IMG/VR virus record: IMGVR_UViG_3300034283_002790
Coordinates: 32,001-96,000 of that record
Direction: 5' to 3' (one strand)
Length of the DNA: 64,000 bases
Origin: a virus
Below the pieces are notes generated by a model that was given only the letters and a program-made list of their open reading frames with translations, had not been told where the DNA came from and ran no database searches. Both the position numbers and the translations under genes were made by a program. This document shows, in pieces, positions 58,283-64,000 of the stretch (the first letter of the stretch is position 1; the number at the start of each line of letters is the position of its first letter).

Positions 58283-58891
58283 ATCTGTTTCTATTTCTGG
58301 AGGATTCAAGGTTTTTCCATCCAAAACCTTACCTACAAGGTCCCCAGTACCCCAAGTTTTAAGGTCTTTTCGACAATGTCTGGCAATATATCTTGCCGTA
58401 CAATTTTTTGTACACGATTCGTTGTTTCTAAGTTGGTCAACTATACAATCATAATGACCGTTTAATAAAGTTTTTATGGTTGCATCAATTCCCACTTGTA
58501 AACTGGGATAATTTCTTACTCCCCCACTACATTTTCCATTTTTTCTTTTTAAACAATTATAAAAACTTGATCCATCCTTTGGTTGAGTTGTATTGAATGG
58601 GTTATATCTTGCATGTGCCCCTTCTGATTGTCTCCAGGCATAGAAGAATTTCATATTTTCGTCGGTAATTGGTGCTCCAATACCCTGTAATATTTTTTTA
58701 TAGACCTCATCATCACTCATATCCACCGAACCAACGGTGACAGATTGAGTTTCATCTTCTTCATCCTCAGTATAAGACGGGATCAGGTCTAATTTTTTGT
58801 TAATTTGGTCAATAATCTGATCTAAAACATCTTTTGGATTTGTGAGATCAAGTTCAAGATCTTTGACAAGGTCATCTAATTCTATTTTCAT
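58262..58891 (-). CDS. lysozyme-fold-like cell-wall hydrolase (putative)
   Basis: AWRQSEG...NPFNTT...GVRNYPS..VGIDATIKTL.NG.Y pattern resembling phage muramidase/transglycosylase-like domains. Confidence 0.5.
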   Translation of the reverse strand: MKIELDDLVKDLELDLTNPKDVLDQIIDQINKKLDLIPSYTEDEEDETQSVTVGSVDMSDDEVYKKILQGIGAPITDENMKFFYAWRQSEGAHARYNPFNTTQPKDGSSFYNCLKRKNGKCSGGVRNYPSLQVGIDATIKTLLNGHYDCIVDQLRNNESCTKNCTARYIARHCRKDLKTWGTGDLVGKVLDGKTLNPPEIETDLVKTVT

Positions 58892-58965
58892 ACTTAAATA
58901 AATATTTAACGACTCATAAATGTTTACTTAAGATTTATATTTAATAAATTTTAGAAAAAAATAAT

Positions 58966-59391
58966 ATGAAAAAAGTAGAAAACACAAGTGTTGTAAAATT
59001 TAACTACACAGGAAAATTAGAAGATGGGTCTGTATTTGATTCTTCACTTACTGAAGGTAGAGAACCATTAGTTGCGACTTTAGGTCAAGGACAATTGATC
59101 CCTGGTTTTGAATCAGGATTATTAGAAATGTCAGAAGGTGAAAATAAGACTATAGAAATTGAACCTGATCAAGCATATGGTTTGTTTAGGGAAGATTTAA
59201 TCGATGAGGTTACAAAAGATAAAGTTCCAGAAACTGTACAACCGGGTGACATGTTACAAGCCTGGACCCCTCAGGGTCCTATGCCTGTAAAAGTATTAGA
59301 AGTTAAAGAAGAAACTGTAGTTTTAGATGCTAACCACCCATTAGCAGGTAAAAAACTAATTTTTGATTTAGAGGTACTAGAAGTTTCCTAG
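58966..59391 (+). CDS. FKBP-type peptidyl-prolyl isomerase (short SlyD-like)
   Basis: YTGKLEDGSVFDSS, LIPGFE, IF domain and DANHPLAGKKLIFD; no His-rich tail. Confidence 0.92.
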   Translation: MKKVENTSVVKFNYTGKLEDGSVFDSSLTEGREPLVATLGQGQLIPGFESGLLEMSEGENKTIEIEPDQAYGLFREDLIDEVTKDKVPETVQPGDMLQAWTPQGPMPVKVLEVKEETVVLDANHPLAGKKLIFDLEVLEVS

Positions 59392-59669
59392 AAATCTTTT
59401 CCAAATGTGGTTTTTACCCCAGGAACAACTCTTTCTGGTTCGTACAAATCTCTTGGTGATAAAACCTTGATTTTAGTGAGTGGGTAATCTTCATTGAACT
59501 GTTTTAGTGCATCGTAATACTCGTCACCATATTCACTAAACCTATTAACAACAGAATCCACAAGATCAAGTCTCATGGATTCTGTTTCTCTAGGGTCTCT
59601 TCTGGACTCTTTAACTATTTTTTTAATTAACTGTAATAACTGTGTTTCGTTAAGTGTTATTTTTTTCAT
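59388..59669 (-). CDS. small late protein with MKKITLNETQL leader
   Basis: Shared leader family; TATTTAT upstream. Confidence 0.7.
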   Translation of the reverse strand: MKKITLNETQLLQLIKKIVKESRRDPRETESMRLDLVDSVVNRFSEYGDEYYDALKQFNEDYPLTKIKVLSPRDLYEPERVVPGVKTTFGKDF

Positions 59670-59710
59670 TTTGTGGATTTTTATATAAATACCACAACAC
59701 TAATAAAAAA

Positions 59711-60046
59711 TTATCTAAACAATACTACTTTTCCTTTTTTTACAAAACGTTTGTTATTATCAGTAACACATACAATTTTAAAATCATATATTCCTGTTTC
59801 TGATTTGCCACCATCCCAGTATTCTCCAGGATTGTTTGTTTTGTAAACCAACCGGTTTTTCTTGTCTCTGATAACCAAATAATATTTTTTTGGTGTAAAG
59901 GATAATCTACTCATAAATAAGTCATTTACACCGTCATTATTGGGTGTGAATGTATTATTAGTGTTGAGACTAAAATCTTTAACATTAGTTTGTGAGACAA
60001 AAAACGTAGAAATAAATAAAAAGAAGGATACTAAATAAATTTTCAT
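59711..60046 (-). CDS. signal peptide plus stand-alone T9SS type-B (gliding-motility-associated) C-terminal domain
   Basis: NTFTPNNDGVNDLF...IRDKKNRLVYKT......WDG.....G.Y......KGKVVLFR matches the CHU_C/type-B CTD pattern. Confidence 0.75.
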   Translation of the reverse strand: MKIYLVSFFLFISTFFVSQTNVKDFSLNTNNTFTPNNDGVNDLFMSRLSFTPKKYYLVIRDKKNRLVYKTNNPGEYWDGGKSETGIYDFKIVCVTDNNKRFVKKGKVVLFR

Positions 60047-60079
60047 AAAATATAAATTAAAGGTTACTAAAAATTAATC

Positions 60080-60598
60080 TTAATTTAAAGATACTGTGCT
60101 GATAAATTCATCAACCGCAGTCTGAAGTGATGGGAAATCGTTGAACCCATACCCCATAATTAAATCTGAAATTTTGGAATAAAGAGTTTTCATATCTTCC
60201 AGGTTAACTCTAGTTGATTTTTCTTCATCTGTTAAATCTGGGTTTGTGAGAATATCAAGTCTGTTTTTCCAAAAACCATTCATTGTTTCCTGTCCGGGAA
60301 CGTTGAACTGTTGTGGAAAACCATTTTCTCTACCGGTAGTGATGATTTGAGAGTCCAAATCTGCAAAATCGGTAAATTTCTTTCTTTCATCGTCAGTTAA
60401 ATCGGGAATGAAATCTGCCAATTTGTAATTCAAGGCAGAAAGATTATAACAAGTAAGAATCATTTCGATAATGTCCTGGACTGTCAAATCCATCAAGTTT
60501 CCAGATTCGAATAGGTAATTCAATTTGGATGCTTTGGTGTGCATTTCTAAGATCCTATTTTTCTCGGATCTATCAACTTCAAAAAGGTTATTTTTCAT
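60080..60598 (-). CDS. late protein with EKNRILEMH leader
   Basis: Shared leader family; TATTTAT upstream. Confidence 0.7.
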   Translation of the reverse strand: MKNNLFEVDRSEKNRILEMHTKASKLNYLFESGNLMDLTVQDIIEMILTCYNLSALNYKLADFIPDLTDDERKKFTDFADLDSQIITTGRENGFPQQFNVPGQETMNGFWKNRLDILTNPDLTDEEKSTRVNLEDMKTLYSKISDLIMGYGFNDFPSLQTAVDEFISTVSLN

Positions 60599-60642
60599 AT
60601 TTTATATTTTAGTAATAAATATGATTAAAATTAGAAAAATGA

Positions 60643-61125
60643 TTACTTAATATTATTTTTCACCAAATAGTCCTCCATACCTTGAATTTCGATCCCCGCT
60701 TGTTGATAAAGACGAAAATTGAATATTCCGGTATTTTTCGTCATTTTGGAAATCAATTTGTGTTCTTCTCTAGTGACTTTAACAGTTGAACAAAATCTTT
60801 TCAAGATTGAGGTAAATTCACGAACGGACATTTCAGGATTTTTTGATAACTCATCAAAAATAATTCTCATGGCAAGTGATCTTTGGATATAATGTTCCAC
60901 AGAAACTTTTGTTTCTTCGTCTCGGGATATATACCCATTGGAGACCAATCCAGTAGAAAATGCTTTAGTATTTGTAATATCCCAAAGTGGATTTCTATTT
61001 CTACTTAGAAAAGACTTCATTAATCTTGGAGAACTTTGAACTTCACTATAACGAGGAAGTAATGTTTTGAAATCTTTAAGGGTTTCTTGAAGTTTCATTT
61101 TTTGTTTAGACGACGTTTTTTTCAT
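60643..61125 (-). CDS. hypothetical protein under a host-type promoter
   Basis: 160 aa with VSVEHYIQR (possible degenerate HNH-like); TATTTTTG at 61157-61164. Confidence 0.6.
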   Translation of the reverse strand: MKKTSSKQKMKLQETLKDFKTLLPRYSEVQSSPRLMKSFLSRNRNPLWDITNTKAFSTGLVSNGYISRDEETKVSVEHYIQRSLAMRIIFDELSKNPEMSVREFTSILKRFCSTVKVTREEHKLISKMTKNTGIFNFRLYQQAGIEIQGMEDYLVKNNIK

Positions 61126-61296
61126 ATTACTTGTTTTTATTGTTTTAATATTTCTACAAAAATAAGAATAAAAAACTTTCCAAACAAATTTTTTTGAAAT
61201 TATTTTTTCAATTTAGAGATTATCTCCATATTATTTTTAATAATCTCTAATTTTTTTTTCAGGTTTGATCTGTTTCTCTTTTTTTTTCCTTCCTTT

Positions 61297-61593
61297 CTAG
61301 CCTTTGCCATTTTTACATTTTTTAATTTTTTTATCATAAAATTTTTTAATATGTTCCGAGTCATTTGTCAGAAACCTAAAAATTGACATTTTGGTGTCCA
61401 TATCGTCACTTAATTCCTCAAGTTTAATTATTGATTCGTTAATTACGTCATTAAAAAACTTATTCCATCCATAATAACCCATTTCTTTATATTCACAAAC
61501 ATTTTTTTGATTCAATATTTCGTCAATTATAAAATTAATCAATTCATAATTTTTGATGATCTTTTCTTGTTTTTCAGAAATTATTATCTTCAT
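61297..61593 (-). CDS. small late protein with MKIIISEKQ leader
   Basis: Shared leader family. Confidence 0.65.
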   Translation of the reverse strand: MKIIISEKQEKIIKNYELINFIIDEILNQKNVCEYKEMGYYGWNKFFNDVINESIIKLEELSDDMDTKMSIFRFLTNDSEHIKKFYDKKIKKCKNGKG

Positions 61594-61659
61594 AATAATA
61601 AATAGTGTTAAATAAAAAAACCCTCACAAGAGGGTTTTCAAATCATGGATTATAAGATA

Positions 61660-62655
61660 TTATCCTCGGACAACAACTGAATCACATAGTTCTTTTATCA
61701 TTTCATCAGTGACTGGTCTTTGAGTATAACCAATTTTGTTAAGAAGATGATCTGTTTCACAACCAAATTTACCATCAATCAAAATATCTCCAAAATCTGG
61801 TACTTTACTAAGACATCTTTGTATTTCTTTTATTTTTTCACACTTTTCACATCTTTCATAGACAGTTTTTCCCTCACAAGATTTAAAATTTGTACATTGT
61901 TTAGAACCATCTATACACCTTTTAGGTTCTGGTTTTGGTTCTGGTTTAGGGTCTCTACCAAAACAACATTTTTCACATTTACTTTTATTTTCGAATCCAC
62001 CAGGTCCAGTTCTAAACTCACATCCGTCTTCATCTACAAACCATCCTTGTACTTGTTGACAAGGTGATCCTGGAAAACAAGGTTTTGCATTACATTGATC
62101 ACTACATCCTTTGGTTCGTTTTTTATCATTACAATATCCTTTTTCACCTGGTTTGGGGTATGCAACAGCATATTGTCTTTCCGTGTAACTTTTCATTTTA
62201 TCACCACAACAAAACATACTTCTTAAACCTACAGGTAAACCAGGTGCACCTGATCCTGACTTACCTTTGCCAATATTAATAAGTCCACTTGTTCCTTGAG
62301 CAATCACATTCCATTCAAATTCATTTAAAATTGGAGAAATTTTAGGACAAGGAAGATCTGCGTATAAATTAACCCCCTTATACTTACCGATGTAAAATCT
62401 CATTTTTTGATCTTTAGTGGCATATATCCTTTTTCCGACCTTAATTGTGAAACTTTTCCCATTTAAAAAACTATATTTTTTATCAAGAATTGATAGTATA
62501 ATAAATTTGAATTCTGTTGTTGTTGTGAATGAACCATTTGCATCTAATTGACCATCATACCTAGATTCTTTTATTAAAGGTTTGAAATCATAGTTTTTGT
62601 GGAGATTTAATATTCTTTTTTTTTCTTGTTCAGAAATTAATTGTCCCTTACTCAT
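61660..62655 (-). CDS. Cys-rich late protein with C-terminal peptidoglycan-binding-like helical domain
   Basis: Leader LISEQEKKRILNLH; PKPEPKPEP linker; IKEIQRCL...IDGKFGCET resembles PG_binding_1. Confidence 0.55.
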   Translation of the reverse strand: MSKGQLISEQEKKRILNLHKNYDFKPLIKESRYDGQLDANGSFTTTTEFKFIILSILDKKYSFLNGKSFTIKVGKRIYATKDQKMRFYIGKYKGVNLYADLPCPKISPILNEFEWNVIAQGTSGLINIGKGKSGSGAPGLPVGLRSMFCCGDKMKSYTERQYAVAYPKPGEKGYCNDKKRTKGCSDQCNAKPCFPGSPCQQVQGWFVDEDGCEFRTGPGGFENKSKCEKCCFGRDPKPEPKPEPKRCIDGSKQCTNFKSCEGKTVYERCEKCEKIKEIQRCLSKVPDFGDILIDGKFGCETDHLLNKIGYTQRPVTDEMIKELCDSVVVRG

Positions 62656-62697
62656 ATATTTTATTTTATAAATATTTTAATGTATCAAAAAAATCAA

Positions 62698-63750
62698 TTA
62701 AGAAGTTTTTTTAACTCCCAAAGAATCCGGAGAATAACATTTCTCTGGATTATCAATGACTTGCTCAATCGATTGAACATAGTAATTAACTTTTTCGGGT
62801 GAAATATAAAAAATCCATGAATTCCTTAAAATTTCTCTAAATGTTTCATTGTCATAGATTTTATAAGGTACATTGATACACCCAAGACTTAAATTAAGAT
62901 AATCTGATGGTTCGTCCACTGTTTTAGATGTTCTTTTAAATGCGTTTGCAAATGCTTGAACTCTTTCTGGTTTGTTTAACATTCTATGAATTGCATTCGA
63001 CAAGAGTGTTCCATTTAAAGTCTTTAAAAAAGCAATGTCAAACTTATTTTTACCTTCAGGATATTTATCTCCACCATATAACTTAATTTTTCCTGGTTCT
63101 GTAGAAAATATTTGTGGGTAAACTGTTGTACTTCCCAAAACTGAAAAAAGATCATTAACTGTTACCGGATAATTTTTTTTATCTTCGTCTGTAATTGATT
63201 TCCAATCTTCATCGGTAACATCTTCAAATTTTTTACTTAGTTTTTTCATGGCCGTTACCCATTTGTATTGGTCAAATTGCGAAAGATTTACAAAATCTTT
63301 TATTCTTCCTGTTGGGACCAAGTCTGATTCTTTTCCGGTAATAATTGGTATAGGATTTTTTTGATTGGGATCTAAGTAAGGGGTAACATCATTAAGATTT
63401 TGGTCAAAAGAATATATTGTGTGATAATTTGGATCCACTACTGTCATATATTTTTTATCTTTGAACCCGGGTCTAATATATATTAATCCTGCTTCACATG
63501 CGGTTCTATCTGGGATACCTTTATCAACTAATGTTTTAGCAACCTCTTCTATCTTAGTATTGATTATCTTGAATGTTTCTTCTTCTGTTGATGCTGAATA
63601 AGCGTTCAAAATATCTTGATAATCAACTACTAGTGTTTTTGATTCAGTATTGAATTCAGTACAAAGTTTAGTTGTATCTTCCTCATCAAGACGATATAAC
63701 CCCCTGATTGATGATTTTTCTTCTTCACTTATAATAAATCTTTTTCCCAT
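62698..63750 (-). CDS. YkuD-like L,D-transpeptidase-family protein
   Basis: PTG, AIH and SLGCINV catalytic-type motifs; leader FIISEEEKSSI. Confidence 0.6.
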   Translation of the reverse strand: MGKRFIISEEEKSSIRGLYRLDEEDTTKLCTEFNTESKTLVVDYQDILNAYSASTEEETFKIINTKIEEVAKTLVDKGIPDRTACEAGLIYIRPGFKDKKYMTVVDPNYHTIYSFDQNLNDVTPYLDPNQKNPIPIITGKESDLVPTGRIKDFVNLSQFDQYKWVTAMKKLSKKFEDVTDEDWKSITDEDKKNYPVTVNDLFSVLGSTTVYPQIFSTEPGKIKLYGGDKYPEGKNKFDIAFLKTLNGTLLSNAIHRMLNKPERVQAFANAFKRTSKTVDEPSDYLNLSLGCINVPYKIYDNETFREILRNSWIFYISPEKVNYYVQSIEQVIDNPEKCYSPDSLGVKKTS

Positions 63751-63822
63751 TTATAATAAATATGATTAAATAAAAAAAACCCTAACCAAAAGGATAGGGT
63801 TTGATTAAAATAGGTCCAAAAA

Positions 63823-64000
63823 TTATTTGTTTCTCAAATAATATGCAACCCACGAAAAAACACCAATCATAATTGGCATCAATATACCTGATCCACCCAT
63901 GTAAGATAGGTGAATAACAGCGGCTGCTGACATGATGGACGTGATTAAAATCGAACCGTACAATGTAGTTCGAGAATAAATCAACAATCCAACACTCAGT
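63823..64000 (-). CDS. C-terminal part of a DoxX-like membrane protein (truncated)
   Basis: LSVGLLIYSRTTLYGSILITSIMSAAAVIHL... matches the DoxX pattern; extends past the window edge. Confidence 0.6.
   Translation of the reverse strand, partial: LSVGLLIYSRTTLYGSILITSIMSAAAVIHLSYMGGSGILMPIMIGVFSWVAYYLRNK

Noticed and set aside
61170-61300. Short ORFs between 61125 and 61297
   Set aside because: Very short, dominated by homopolymer runs, no support beyond an ATG.
2577-62279. Many short antisense or overlapping ORFs in the track (e.g. 12398, 13175, 16034, 25794, 45828)
   Set aside because: They lie opposite well-supported genes and show low-complexity Ser/Phe/Leu translations typical of shadow frames.
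1-64000. Stop-codon reassignment as seen in some jumbo phages
   Set aside because: MCP, portal, TerL, ClpC and GuaC are full length in code 11, and both TAG and TGA end real genes.
1-64000. Cellular chromosome or eukaryotic giant virus origin
   Set aside because: A complete T4-like gp17/gp20/gp21/gp22/gp23 cluster, bacterial promoters and tmRNA indicate a tailed bacteriophage.
1-64000. Diversity-generating retroelement, integrase or Cas genes
   Set aside because: No reverse transcriptase, recombinase or Cas motifs and no template/variable repeat pair were recognised in this window.

Overview
A very AT-rich 64-kb segment of a large T4-like (myovirus-type) bacteriophage genome that most likely infects Bacteroidota. 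Host evidence: TAnnTTTG host-type promoters, A-rich translation starts without Shine-Dalgarno sites, a tmRNA tag starting with Gly, a stand-alone T9SS type-B C-terminal domain, and bS21 inside the head cluster. The window has the head and packaging core (MCP, scaffold, prohead protease, portal, TerL), a gp5-like baseplate spike and a gp55-like late sigma factor. A TATTTAT element lies just upstream of about 30 genes, always in their sense orientation. A 24-32 kb block joins protein quality-control and RNA genes: nucleotidyltransferase, KTSC, Hsp20, N-domain-less ClpC-like ATPase, M28-like peptidase, tmRNA, ATE/Bpt-like aminoacyl-tRNA protein transferase, and a ~950-nt structured non-coding transcription unit. 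Further right are lysis genes, two tRNA genes (one atypical), a glycosyltransferase/RgpF cluster, many large hypothetical late proteins sharing [ILM]-x-E-containing amphipathic leaders, guaC and an FKBP/SlyD gene. All product calls come from motif recognition by eye; no database searches were run.
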